DNA from: Clostridiales bacterium UBA5446 | Lineage (GTDB): Bacteria > Bacillota > Clostridia > Oscillospirales > Oscillospiraceae | Direction: 5' to 3' | DNA: 64,000 bases | Assembly (NCBI GenBank): GCA_002427465.1 | Contig: DIRC01000018.1 | Location: 3,671 to 67,670, forward strand | Shown: positions 55,156 to 64,000 of the stretch, one piece after another | Position numbering within the stretch: the stretch's first letter is position 1 | Layout: every line of letters begins with the position of its first letter | The notes under the pieces: model-generated | Seen by the model: only the letters and a program-made list of their open reading frames with translations | The model's database searches: none | What the model was told of the DNA's origin: nothing | Program-made: the position numbers and the translations under genes

Positions 55156-55767
55156 ATGACAATAACGGAGAACTGCCAAGTGCTTTTTCATAAAAATTCC
55201 GCCGTGGACTGGATCGCGGCGTTTCTCGGCAACCCCGGCCCCAGGTATGAAGGAACCCGCCACAACGCGGGCTTTATGGCTGCCGCCGCCCTGGAGGCGG
55301 AAAAGGGGGTCAAAATTAACCGGGCCAAATTCCGCTCTCTTACGGCTTTGGCCGATTTGGAGGGCGCCAGAGTGCTGCTCATGAAGCCCCAGACCTACAT
55401 GAATCTCTCGGGGGAGGCCGTGTCCCAGGCGGCCCGGTTCTATAAAATCCCGCCTGAACATATTATTATCGTCTCCGACGAGATGGCGCTGCCGGTGGGC
55501 AGGCTGCGAGTGCGGGCGGGCGGGTCCGCGGGCGGGCACAACGGCCTGAAAAACATTATAGCCCATCTGGGAACGGATCAATTCCCCCGGATACGCATCG
55601 GCGTCGGAGAGCCGCCCCATCCGGATTTCGACACGGCGGACTGGGTGCTTTCCACCTTTAATCATCAGGATGCCCAGGAGATTGCAAGGACGGCGCGGCT
55701 GGCGGCCGAGGCCGTGGCGTATTACATCGGCTTCGGGCCGGATAAGGCCATGAATAGGTTTAACTGA
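55156..55767 (+). CDS. pth: Peptidyl-tRNA hydrolase (start ATG 55156 or GTG 55180)
   Basis: …FLGNPGPRYEGTRHNAGFM…, …VRAGGSAGGHNGLKNI…. Confidence 0.94.
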   Translation: MTITENCQVLFHKNSAVDWIAAFLGNPGPRYEGTRHNAGFMAAAALEAEKGVKINRAKFRSLTALADLEGARVLLMKPQTYMNLSGEAVSQAARFYKIPPEHIIIVSDEMALPVGRLRVRAGGSAGGHNGLKNIIAHLGTDQFPRIRIGVGEPPHPDFDTADWVLSTFNHQDAQEIARTARLAAEAVAYYIGFGPDKAMNRFN

Positions 55768-55820
55768 CCATGAGTGATGAACGGGGCGTAACGGCTGGCG
55801 TTCATTAAATTCTTAAAGGG

Positions 55821-57035
55821 GTGAGACGTTTGAAAAGATCCTGCATCGCCATGCTTTTGGCAGGGGGACAGGGTTCGCGGCTTTATGCCCTCACAAGCCG
55901 GGTGGCGAAGCCCAGCGTACCCTTTGGCGGGAAATACCGAATCATCGATTTCCCGCTTTCCAACTGTGCCAATTCCGGTATCGACGTCGTAGGCGTTCTG
56001 ACCCAATACAGGCCGCTGCAGCTTAACAGCTATATCGGAAGCGGCCAGGCCTATGACCTGGACAGTGCCGACGGCGGCGTGTATATCCTGCCGCCATACC
56101 AAAGCGCGGGGGAACGAGGCTCCTGGTTTTCCGGAACGGCCAATGCAATATATCAGAACATCGGTTTCATAGAGATGTTCGATCCGGAAAACGTTCTGAT
56201 CCTATCCGGAGACCATATCTACAAAATGGACTATTCCGACATGGTGAAGGCCCATACCGCCAATGACGCTGCCTGCACCATCGCCGTCATTCAGGTGGCC
56301 ATGCGGGACGCCTCCCGATTCGGGATACTTTCGGCGGGGGAGGACGGCTACATAACGGAATTTGAAGAAAAGCCCCTGCGTCCCAAAAGTGATCTTGCAT
56401 CCATGGGAATTTACATCTTTAATTGGAAAAAGCTGAAGGAATACCTGATTGCGGATGAGATGAACCCCAAGTCCTCCAAGGATTTTGGAAAGGACATCAT
56501 ACCCGAGATGCTCAGGGCTGGGGAAAAGCTCTGGCCTTACCGGTTTTCTGGCTACTGGCGCGATGTGGGAACCATTGTGAGCCTATGGGACGCCAATATG
56601 GATATGCTTTCACCGACGGCAATCAACCTTTACGATCCGGATTGGCCGATCCGGTCAAAAAGCCCGATAAAGCCCCCGCATTATGCCGGCCCGGAGTCGA
56701 AAATCGTCCATTCCATCGTGACCGAAGGCTGCGAAATTGACGGCAGGGTCGAAAACTCCGTCCTTTCCAGCGCGGTGCGGGTTGGCCGGGGGGCCAGGGT
56801 GATGTACAGCATACTCATGCCCGGAGTAACCGTGGGGGAGGGCGCCGTGGTGGAATACGCAATTATAGGTGAGAACACGAAAATCGGGGCGCAGGCCCGG
56901 GTCGGCTCCGGCCCGGACGGCTCGGATTCATGGAATGTGGCCACCTGCGGGCCCGATATTGAAATCGGCGAAGGGGAGAGCATCTCCCCGGGGGCCATGA
57001 TCTATGAAAGCGTGGGGGGTGGCCTGCATGGCTGA
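55821..57035 (+). CDS. glgC: Glucose-1-phosphate adenylyltransferase (start GTG 55821 or TTG 55830)
   Basis: …[44 protein letters not shown]…. Confidence 0.95.
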   Translation: MRRLKRSCIAMLLAGGQGSRLYALTSRVAKPSVPFGGKYRIIDFPLSNCANSGIDVVGVLTQYRPLQLNSYIGSGQAYDLDSADGGVYILPPYQSAGERGSWFSGTANAIYQNIGFIEMFDPENVLILSGDHIYKMDYSDMVKAHTANDAACTIAVIQVAMRDASRFGILSAGEDGYITEFEEKPLRPKSDLASMGIYIFNWKKLKEYLIADEMNPKSSKDFGKDIIPEMLRAGEKLWPYRFSGYWRDVGTIVSLWDANMDMLSPTAINLYDPDWPIRSKSPIKPPHYAGPESKIVHSIVTEGCEIDGRVENSVLSSAVRVGRGARVMYSILMPGVTVGEGAVVEYAIIGENTKIGAQARVGSGPDGSDSWNVATCGPDIEIGEGESISPGAMIYESVGGGLHG

Positions 57036-58137
57036 TCTGCACGGGATTATTCTGGCTTACCATACGGCGCCGGAACTGGGGGACCTGGTTCGGAGCCGCA
57101 CAAGCGCGTCGCTTCCCTTCTGCGGCAGGTACCGGCTGATCGACTTTTCCCTTTCGTCCATGCAGAACGCGGGCGTGCGGGATGTGGGGGTCGTCATGCA
57201 GCGGGACTACCAGTCTTTGCTGGATCACCTGGGCGGCGGCAAGGAATGGGATCTTTCGCGTAAGCGCGGCGGGCTCCGGCTGCTGCCGCCATTTGGGAAC
57301 TTGGGAAATCCAACGGGAGAATACGAGGGCGTCATCGAGGCCCTTTGCGCGGTGGAAAGCTATATCGGGAATATTAAGCAGCGCTATGTGGTGATCACAA
57401 GGGGGAATCTGGCGGCGAATATCGACCTGGCCGACGTGATGGCGCGGCACCTGGAGTCCGGCGCGGACGTCACCGCCGTATGCACCCCGCACATTCCCCG
57501 ACGCGCCCATCAGCGGTATATTACCGACGGCGGATTTGTCAAGGAGCTGCTTTACCGGCAGGGCGGCCGCGGGGCGGGTTACGCCTCGCTGGAGATGTAT
57601 ATAATGTCAAAGGAGACCCTCCTGGGAATCATGGAGCGGGGCTCCTCCGGCAGGAAATACCGGTTCCACAGGGACGAAATCGCGGGGCTTCTGGCCTCCG
57701 GGGGCAAGGTTGCCGTATATGTCCATTCGGGCTATGCCCGGCACATTTTTTCGGTGGGAGAGTATTATAAAGCCAGTATGGATATGCTGGACGCTGCAAA
57801 CAGGGCGACGCTGTTTCCCGACGAGCGCCCAGTGAGAACCAAGGATCGCTCGGACGTAAGCACCTATTACGGGGAGGAAGCGTCCTCTAAAAACTGCCTG
57901 GTGGCGGACGGATGCTTTATTGAGGGCGTGATTGAAAACTGCATCCTTTTCCGCGGCGTAAAAGTGGGAAATGGAGCGCGCGTCAAAAACGCCGTAGTGA
58001 TGCAGGACACGGTCATTGGCGAGGGGGCGGAACTGAGCTATGTGATCTCCGACAAGAACGTGGAGATATCCCCGTACATCACCCTGGCCGGCAGTCCGCG
58101 GCTCCCGCTGGTGATTCCAAAGATGAGCCGGATATGA
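57028..58137 (+). CDS. glgD: Glucose-1-phosphate adenylyltransferase regulatory subunit GlgD
   Basis: [21 protein letters not shown]...[21 protein letters not shown]... ATG overlaps the glgC stop by 8 nt. Confidence 0.9.
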   Translation: MADLHGIILAYHTAPELGDLVRSRTSASLPFCGRYRLIDFSLSSMQNAGVRDVGVVMQRDYQSLLDHLGGGKEWDLSRKRGGLRLLPPFGNLGNPTGEYEGVIEALCAVESYIGNIKQRYVVITRGNLAANIDLADVMARHLESGADVTAVCTPHIPRRAHQRYITDGGFVKELLYRQGGRGAGYASLEMYIMSKETLLGIMERGSSGRKYRFHRDEIAGLLASGGKVAVYVHSGYARHIFSVGEYYKASMDMLDAANRATLFPDERPVRTKDRSDVSTYYGEEASSKNCLVADGCFIEGVIENCILFRGVKVGNGARVKNAVVMQDTVIGEGAELSYVISDKNVEISPYITLAGSPRLPLVIPKMSRI

Positions 58138-58191
58138 AGTCCCGCAAGACGGCTGTGTGCAGCGATAAATTTGTGAAAGAAAAAGGAAGAT

Positions 58192-60594
58192 ATGACTACA
58201 GGACAAATTTCTAAAGATGAGCTTCGCTGCGCGCTGGAGGATAAACTCTGCGCAGTTTTTTCCGTGACAAGCGCCGAGGCGACGGATGAGCAGATATTCC
58301 GGGCGGCGGCAATCCTGATACGCGAGCTTATGAGCAGACTGCTGGCCGTGGACAGGGAGGAAAGGCCGGCGCGGGAAGTCCATTACCTGTCGATGGAGTT
58401 CCTGATGGGCAGAAGCCTGATGAAGAACGCCTATAACCTGGGAATCGGGGAGGCGCTTACGGAGGCGCTGGCGGATATGGGGCGCAGCGCCGGGGACATT
58501 TTCGAGGCCGAGCCCGACGCGGGGCTTGGAAACGGCGGATTGGGCCGGCTGGCCGCGTGCTATATGGACAGCATGGCGACGGAGGGCATCGCAGCCACAG
58601 GGTATTGCCTGTGTTATGAGCTGGGCATTTTCCGTCAGCGGATCGAGGACGGCCGGCAGGTGGAGGATGCCGACAACTGGCGCATAGCGGCGGACAGCTG
58701 GCTTGTACCCCGGGATGAGGATACCTGCGAGATCCGTTTTGGCGGCAGGATTGAGGAGCGCTGGGACTATTCCGGCAACCGGCATGTAAAGCTGAAGGAT
58801 TATACCGCCGTTCTTGCCGTTCCCCGCGATATGCTGATTGCCGGGTATGGAGGCAACCACGTCAACACCCTCCGCCTGTGGGAGGCCCACAGCCCCAACT
58901 ATCTCGACATGCCCCGGTTTTCCGAGGGGGAATATCTCAAGAGCCTGGAGCAGCGCATGCTGGCGGAGGTGATCACAAAGGTTCTCTATCCCGCCGACGA
59001 CCATATCGAGGGCAAAACCCTCAGATTAAAGCAGCAATATTTCTTCCTTTCGGCAACGGCCCAGACCATCCTGCGGGAACACCGCAAAAGATGGGGGGAT
59101 GCCCGAAGCCTGGCGGAGCATCATGTGATCCATATTAATGATACGCATCCGGCTCTGATGATCCCGGAGCTGATGCGCATCCTCATGGACGAGGACGGAC
59201 TTGGCTGGGACGAGGCGTGGGAAATCGTTTCGGGATGCGTTGCGTATACCAACCATACGGTTATGCAGGAGGCCCTTGAAAGCTGGCCACAGGCCCTGGT
59301 GCAGAGTCTGCTGCCCCGCATATTCGAGATCATCAGCGAGATAGACCGCCGCTGGCGCAGGGTGCTTGCGGAGAAATCCGAAGGCGGCCCCGCCTCCGAG
59401 GCACGCAACGCCATTATGGCTGATGGGATGATCCGTATGGCCAACCTCTGCCTTGCCGGATGCTTTATGATCAACGGCGTGTCCGCTATTCACGGCCGTA
59501 TATTAAAAAACGGCCTTTTTGCGGATGTTTCCGCGCTGTGGCCGGAAAAGTTCACTTACGTCACCAATGGCATCGACCACCGCCGCTGGCTATCCCAGAT
59601 CAATCCGCGACTCGACCGGCTGCTCCGGGAGCTGATCGGTGATGGGTTCATCAGAAAGCCTGAAGAATTATGTAAACTAAGGTCTTTTGAAGACGACAAG
59701 GAAGTGCTGCTGCGCCTTGAGGAGATCAAGGCGTTTAACAAGCTTGCGCTGGCGGATTTCGTCTATAATGCCCAGGGAGTGGCGCTGGACGCCTCGGCCA
59801 TGTTCGACGTCCAGGCAAAGCGGCTCCATGAATATAAGCGGCAGCTTCTTTGCGCCATGCTGATCGCGCATCTTCAGGACAGACTTAGGGACGATCCCGG
59901 CATGGATTTCATGCCCAGGACATTCATCTTCGGCGCCAAGGCAGCGGCAGGCTATCAGACGGCCAAACGCATCATCGAGCTGATCTGCTCCCTGGCCGCC
60001 GATGTGGCCGCCGATCCCGCCTGCCGGGGAAAACTCCAGGTGGTTTTCCTGGAAAACTATCGGGTTTCCGTGGCTGAGCGGCTGATGCCCGCGGCCCAGG
60101 TGTCCGAGCAGATCTCCACGGCCGGCATGGAGGCCTCCGGCACGGGAAACATGAAGCTCATGATGAACGGCGCCGTGACAATCGGTACCCTTGACGGGGC
60201 CAATGTGGAAATGTATGAGCGTCTGGGCGACGACAGCATGTTTTTGTTCGGGTTACACGCAGACCAGGTGGCCGCCGTCAGAAAAGCGGGGTATGCGCCC
60301 CGGGCCATTGCCGATTCCGATCCGCGCATACGGCGGGTGCTTCAAAGGTTTTCCCAGGGCATGGCGGACGGCAGACCATATGACGATCTGGTTTCCATGC
60401 TGCTGGACGGTGGGGACCCTTATATGCTGATTGCGGATTTTAATAGTTATGTAAACTGCCATGACCGGCTGTATGCCGCCGCCCGGGACAAGACCGAATT
60501 TGCGCGGATGGGCCTTGTCAATATTGCCGAAAGCGGAATTTTCGCCGCCGACCGGGCGGTCAGTGAATACCGGAACCGAATCTGGCACGTTTGA
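58192..60594 (+). CDS. glgP: Glycogen/alpha-glucan phosphorylase
   Basis: 800 aa. PLP-site motif …EASGTGNMKLMMNGA… and …GLGNGGLGRLAAC…. Confidence 0.96.
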   Translation: MTTGQISKDELRCALEDKLCAVFSVTSAEATDEQIFRAAAILIRELMSRLLAVDREERPAREVHYLSMEFLMGRSLMKNAYNLGIGEALTEALADMGRSAGDIFEAEPDAGLGNGGLGRLAACYMDSMATEGIAATGYCLCYELGIFRQRIEDGRQVEDADNWRIAADSWLVPRDEDTCEIRFGGRIEERWDYSGNRHVKLKDYTAVLAVPRDMLIAGYGGNHVNTLRLWEAHSPNYLDMPRFSEGEYLKSLEQRMLAEVITKVLYPADDHIEGKTLRLKQQYFFLSATAQTILREHRKRWGDARSLAEHHVIHINDTHPALMIPELMRILMDEDGLGWDEAWEIVSGCVAYTNHTVMQEALESWPQALVQSLLPRIFEIISEIDRRWRRVLAEKSEGGPASEARNAIMADGMIRMANLCLAGCFMINGVSAIHGRILKNGLFADVSALWPEKFTYVTNGIDHRRWLSQINPRLDRLLRELIGDGFIRKPEELCKLRSFEDDKEVLLRLEEIKAFNKLALADFVYNAQGVALDASAMFDVQAKRLHEYKRQLLCAMLIAHLQDRLRDDPGMDFMPRTFIFGAKAAAGYQTAKRIIELICSLAADVAADPACRGKLQVVFLENYRVSVAERLMPAAQVSEQISTAGMEASGTGNMKLMMNGAVTIGTLDGANVEMYERLGDDSMFLFGLHADQVAAVRKAGYAPRAIADSDPRIRRVLQRFSQGMADGRPYDDLVSMLLDGGDPYMLIADFNSYVNCHDRLYAAARDKTEFARMGLVNIAESGIFAADRAVSEYRNRIWHV

Positions 60595-60604
60595 CCGACA
60601 GCAG

Positions 60605-60641
60605 AAAAATCCCCCGGCCGCAAGGCGGCCGGGGGATTTTA
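60605..60641. terminator. Bidirectional intrinsic terminator
   Basis: AAAAATCCCCCGGCCG-caag-(G)CGGCCGGGGGATTTT. Confidence 0.88.
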
Positions 60642-60662
60642 TCTTATGGACAGGTTCGGGCT

Positions 60663-61223
60663 TTAAGCGCCGTCCGTCAGGGGAAGGAGCATGAGCAGCT
60701 CATCGGCATAGCTTCCGTCGCGGAATTTAAACGCCCTTGGGCGCCGGCCGCACCGAATGAAGCCGAGACGCTCATAAAGGGAGATGGCGCGGGTGTTGTC
60801 CAGAACCACCTCAAGCTCCAGCTGTTCATATCCCGCTGTGCGCGCCGCCTGGATGCAGGCGGTAAGCAGGGCCGAGCCGATTCCCATGTGCCAGTATTTT
60901 TCTTTTACCGCCATCCCGAAGGACGCCCTGTGCCGGAGCTTATAGAGGCTTGCAATGGGATGGATGCCGGCGTTTCCGGCAAGTTCAGCGCCAATATAGG
61001 CGGAGACCATACATGCGGACGGATCATTTTCAATATTGCGGAGATAGTCTCTTTCCTCGTCCGCAGTCATGGCGATCTCGTCTTCATACCGGATCATATT
61101 GTGCGTTTCTCCGGAGGTTTGGCGCAGATACTGCAAAATACGTTCCGCGTCCTCGGGGCCGGGGCTTTTTAATAGACACGCACTCCCGTTTTTAAGGGGG
61201 ACGGCACGGCTTTTGTAGATCAT
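60663..61223 (-). CDS. GNAT-family N-acetyltransferase
   Basis: …FGMAVKEKYWHMGIGSALLTACIQAAR… acetyl-CoA-binding motif A pattern. 186 aa. SD GAGGTG. Confidence 0.85.
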   Translation of the reverse strand: MIYKSRAVPLKNGSACLLKSPGPEDAERILQYLRQTSGETHNMIRYEDEIAMTADEERDYLRNIENDPSACMVSAYIGAELAGNAGIHPIASLYKLRHRASFGMAVKEKYWHMGIGSALLTACIQAARTAGYEQLELEVVLDNTRAISLYERLGFIRCGRRPRAFKFRDGSYADELLMLLPLTDGA

Positions 61224-61242
61224 ATCTTCACCTCAAAAGGCT

Positions 61243-61305
61243 TTATCTATCGCTTGGTTCGGGGTTGGTGCTCCCGAAAATGAGATCATCTATATCGTCA
61301 CCCAT
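61243..61305 (-). CDS. Candidate 20-codon sORF (MGDDIDDLIFGSTNPEPSDR) upstream of the GNAT gene
   Basis: GGAGGTGAGAAA-ATG. Stop TAA lies 19 nt before the GNAT ATG. Found by hand, with no homology evidence. Confidence 0.25.
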   Translation of the reverse strand: MGDDIDDLIFGSTNPEPSDR

Positions 61306-61358
61306 TTTCTCACCTCCGCATTAATCACATATATTCAGTATATGCGGGGGTTTCAAAA

Positions 61359-62207
61359 TCATGACTGGGTTTTATTTAGCGTCAGGGTGACGATTTCCGG
61401 CGTGTTCGCAAAGCGGGGAACGGATATCGAATTGCCCAGGCCGCGGGAAACGATCATGACATATCGCCCGGATTCGAACAACCCGGCGTCATACCGGGGG
61501 AGAAGCTCCCCGCTGGTGCCTAACAGCCCCCCTACGCCGGGTATACGAATAATTCCGCCGTGAGAATGGCCGCAAAAGATTATGTCAACCTTAAGCTCTG
61601 GATATTTCGTGATCCAGTAATTGCGATGGCCCAGCAGCACAACAAAGCTGTCCGGGAAATCTTTGTTAATTATGTCAACCAGTTCGTCAGGCCTTATCAT
61701 ATCCGCGCGGCCGTTGGGGTCCTCAACGCCGCACAGGAGGATACTTTCCCCACCCCGGGTCAGCGGCAGGTATTCGTTCTTAAGGTATGTGACGCCGGCG
61801 TTCGCCAGCATATCGGCAAGGTCTTCGATTTCGCCGCTGGCCCAGTCATGGTTTCCGCTGACGAAATAAACGGGGGCAATAGTCACCAGCTGGTCAACCA
61901 GAATTTTCAGCCCGGGGAGGTAATTTTGATTTTTGCCGATGAAGTCCCCGGTCATGACGATGATATCCGGGGACTCATCCGCCACCGCTCTGACGAGACG
62001 CTTGTTATCAGCGCCGAATTCCGAGCCGTGCAGATCGGAAAGCTGGACGATGCGAAAGCCCTCAAAGCTGTCCGGAAGACGGTCGGACGACAGGGTGTAT
62101 CGGGTGACCGACAGCCCGTATTTTCCCAGCAGGAGCAGGGCGGCGCAGATAATGAGCAGGGCCGCCACCAGCTTTATCAGGATGTGTCCCGCCCTTTTTC
62201 TGCGCAT
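61359..62207 (-). CDS. Membrane-anchored calcineurin-like metallophosphoesterase (YkuE-like)
   Basis: N-terminal TM segment. Motifs QLSDLHG, TGDFIG, SGNHD, GHSHGG. Confidence 0.88.
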   Translation of the reverse strand: MRRKRAGHILIKLVAALLIICAALLLLGKYGLSVTRYTLSSDRLPDSFEGFRIVQLSDLHGSEFGADNKRLVRAVADESPDIIVMTGDFIGKNQNYLPGLKILVDQLVTIAPVYFVSGNHDWASGEIEDLADMLANAGVTYLKNEYLPLTRGGESILLCGVEDPNGRADMIRPDELVDIINKDFPDSFVVLLGHRNYWITKYPELKVDIIFCGHSHGGIIRIPGVGGLLGTSGELLPRYDAGLFESGRYVMIVSRGLGNSISVPRFANTPEIVTLTLNKTQS

Positions 62208-63031
62208 TAAGCCTCCAGATCCCTGATATAGATCGGCTTGACGTTGGGGTCGGCGGTTGCCCGAATCTGCACCTCAAAACGGGACAGGCTTTTCATCATG
62301 GTTGAAAGCTTCCCAAAGCCGTAAGTGCGGGGGTCAAAGTCAGGCTGCTTTTTGATGATGAGATTGCCCAGATTGGAAAGGTCGGTGAAGCCGTCGTCGT
62401 CCGCCAGGTCGTCTATGGAGTCCGCGATCAGCTCGATAACGGATTCCGGAACAGCCGGCTTTTTGTCCTCCTGCTTCTTTGTGGGCTTCGCGGCAGGCTT
62501 TTCCGTCTTGGCATTCCCGTTTCCCGCGGCGGCGGACTTCTTCGCCGCAGGAGCTTTCACCGTATTCTGGACCTCGCTTTTCTTATAACGGTCGCGGATG
62601 ACCTCAATACGGATAAATTTGTCGCAGGCCTGCACAAAAGCCTTGGGGGTCTTTTCTTCGCCGATTCCGATCACATACATGCCGGATTCCCGAAGACGTA
62701 TGGCAAGAGGCGTAAAGTCCGAGTCGGAGGAAACCAGCACGAACCCGTCGGTTTTTCCGGCATAGAGGATATCCATGGCGTCGATAATCATTGCGGAGTC
62801 GGTGGCGTTTTTGCCTACGGTATACGCAAACTGCTGTCTGGGGGTGACGGCGTTTTCAAGCAGGGTGGTTTTCCAGCCCGCAACATTTTGGGATGCCCAA
62901 TCGCCGTATATGCGCTTGATCATGGGAGTTCCATATATGGCGATCTCCTCCAAAACGCTTTTGAGGCAGTCGCGGGGGGCGTTGTCTCCGTCGATCAGGA
63001 CGGCGATCCGCAAATTTTCGTTTATCATCAA
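62207..63031 (-). CDS. NYN (LabA/DUF88) nuclease-like domain, Lys-rich linker and OST-HTH/LOTUS domain protein
   Basis: …RIAVLIDGDNAP…KRIYGDW…GKNATDSAMIIDAMD…VLVSSDSDFTPLAIRLRESG… C-terminal …FTDLSNLGNLIIKKQPDFDPRTYGFGKLSTMMKS… Stop overlaps the downstream ATG (TAATG). Confidence 0.82.
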   Translation of the reverse strand: MMINENLRIAVLIDGDNAPRDCLKSVLEEIAIYGTPMIKRIYGDWASQNVAGWKTTLLENAVTPRQQFAYTVGKNATDSAMIIDAMDILYAGKTDGFVLVSSDSDFTPLAIRLRESGMYVIGIGEEKTPKAFVQACDKFIRIEVIRDRYKKSEVQNTVKAPAAKKSAAAGNGNAKTEKPAAKPTKKQEDKKPAVPESVIELIADSIDDLADDDGFTDLSNLGNLIIKKQPDFDPRTYGFGKLSTMMKSLSRFEVQIRATADPNVKPIYIRDLEA

Positions 63032-63067
63032 ATCACTCTTTCATCGGTTTAAGGCATTTTAACACAT

Positions 63068-64000
63068 TTATCCTGCGCAGACAATAAAATCTCCGAAATC
63101 GGCAAGAAGCGAATAGTCGCCGGCTTCGCCTTTGTGAAGAATCAAATATTTCCCCCGGGCGTCCCCGGCATCGCCAAAGCGGTAAATTCCGAAGGAACGC
63201 ACCCAGCGGAAGGCTCCGCTTGGGTTAACATAATTAACAGAATCAATAAACTGATCCGGTGGAATTTGTTCGTAAAACAAGGTAAAGATATAGGGCTGGT
63301 TTACGTAATATGAAATGAAGACGCTGTCCGGGGACTGATCTTCCACATAAGCAATGGCTTCGCCGAGTCCGGGATAATAATAGGGCGAGCCGCCGCCACC
63401 ATACTCGGATACATACCCGGACATAAAGATAAGAAAACAGGCCACTACCCCGGCAACAGGCAGGATACTCCATTTTTTAAGTTTACATAATATGACGAAC
63501 AGGCCCAGGGAAATGAAATAGATCACAGGAAGCCATACCATATTGATCCGGTTGATGTTGACGTCAATGAACAATGCGCAGAGGAACCCGCAGCCGAGAG
63601 CCGCCAGAATCGGCGCCTCATCCGGGGTTTTCCTGAGGCGCAGGAGGCTTTCCGCTATGCCGATCACAGCCAGCGGCAGACCAAAAAAGTAGAAAAGCCC
63701 GCCGGTGGAGGCGGCATTATATGGCAGACCGTCGTACTGCCTGAATAATATGCCGAGAAAAGCTTTGAAATTCCCCAGGGCGGCGTCAATACCCCCGCCG
63801 CCGAGGATCGAAGTGGCGGCCTGCCGTGTCTGTGTCAGAGCGGGGAGGGTGATCCCCAGGAGGGTGTATTCCGGCAGGCCCAGGGCGTTGCGAAGCTGGC
63901 AGAGGGTGATGGGCAGGGCTATAAGGGTAAAAACGGACAGGGAAACCAGGAAGCTTTCGAGGCGCAGGCTTTTCCTGAGCCAAAGTACGGCGAAAACCAG
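63068..64000 (-). CDS. Polytopic membrane protein with extracytoplasmic C-terminal domain, GT39/ArnT-like glycosyltransferase (5' end outside the window)
   Basis: I translated the frame by hand from 63667 up to 64000 and found no stop codon, so the track ORF (63068..63667) is only the 3' part. Several TM segments are followed by a soluble tail. Family assignment is tentative. Confidence 0.5.
   Translation of the reverse strand: MVFAVLWLRKSLRLESFLVSLSVFTLIALPITLCQLRNALGLPEYTLLGITLPALTQTRQAATSILGGGGIDAALGNFKAFLGILFRQYDGLPYNAASTGGLFYFFGLPLAVIGIAESLLRLRKTPDEAPILAALGCGFLCALFIDVNINRINMVWLPVIYFISLGLFVILCKLKKWSILPVAGVVACFLIFMSGYVSEYGGGGSPYYYPGLGEAIAYVEDQSPDSVFISYYVNQPYIFTLFYEQIPPDQFIDSVNYVNPSGAFRWVRSFGIYRFGDAGDARGKYLILHKGEAGDYSLLADFGDFIVCAG

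Noticed and set aside
1-64000. CRISPR arrays, tRNA or rRNA genes, IS elements or transposases, integrases, toxin-antitoxin or restriction-modification modules
   Set aside because: No repeat-spacer periodicity, no cloverleaf-like sequences in the intergenic gaps, and no transposase- or integrase-like ORFs were seen. All gaps longer than 100 nt were read by eye on both strands.

Overview
The window is core chromosome from a high-GC (about 58-60% by eye), endospore-forming Firmicute of the class Clostridia. The taxonomic placement is inference from gene content and protein sequences. All identifications come from recognising conserved motifs and gene order by eye, because no database search could be run.

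The centre of the window is a complete, uninterrupted S10-spc-alpha ribosomal-protein supercluster at 6.6-22.3 kb. It runs from rpsJ through rplQ and includes secY, adk, map, infA, rpmJ and rpoA.

Further translation modules are:
- rpsF-ssb-rpsR (41.4-42.4 kb)
- rpsB-tsf (45.5-47.2 kb, minus strand)
- an L10-leader plus rplJ-rplL unit (49.1-50.2 kb)
- prfB, and prs-pth

Housekeeping genes include the secA 3' end, pgeF, cdd, murI, argS, rsmI, clpC, nth, rarA, the 1173-aa pyruvate:ferredoxin oxidoreductase nifJ, and glgC-glgD-glgP.

Sporulation genes are scattered through the window:
- spoVAC
- spmA and spmB
- abrB
- spoIID
- sigG with ylmC/ymxH

Two conserved genes too short for the ORF track were recovered by hand: rpmJ (19193..19306) and a 56-aa 2x[4Fe-4S] ferredoxin (30606..30776, minus strand).

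I saw no mobile element, CRISPR array, tRNA, rRNA or obvious defence island, and no convincing novel multi-gene system. The observations most worth a second look are:
- unusual ribosomal-protein architectures: a Cys4 ribbon in uL24, an RGG-repeat tail on uS3, and a repeat tail on uL3
- unusually long, structured spacers inside the S10 and spc operons
- a TGCGGGATAA motif present three times flanking nifJ, with a tandem duplication in the rpsF promoter
- a very acidic orphan protein whose Shine-Dalgarno (SD) sequence sits inside a hairpin
- a CapA-family gene whose signal anchor lies upstream of any canonical start codon
- prfB without the programmed +1 frameshift
- a TAATG-coupled NYN/OST-HTH plus metallophosphoesterase pair, followed by a 20-codon sORF and a GNAT gene

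Many long ORFs in the track are antisense shadows of real genes, which is typical of high-GC DNA, and were rejected.
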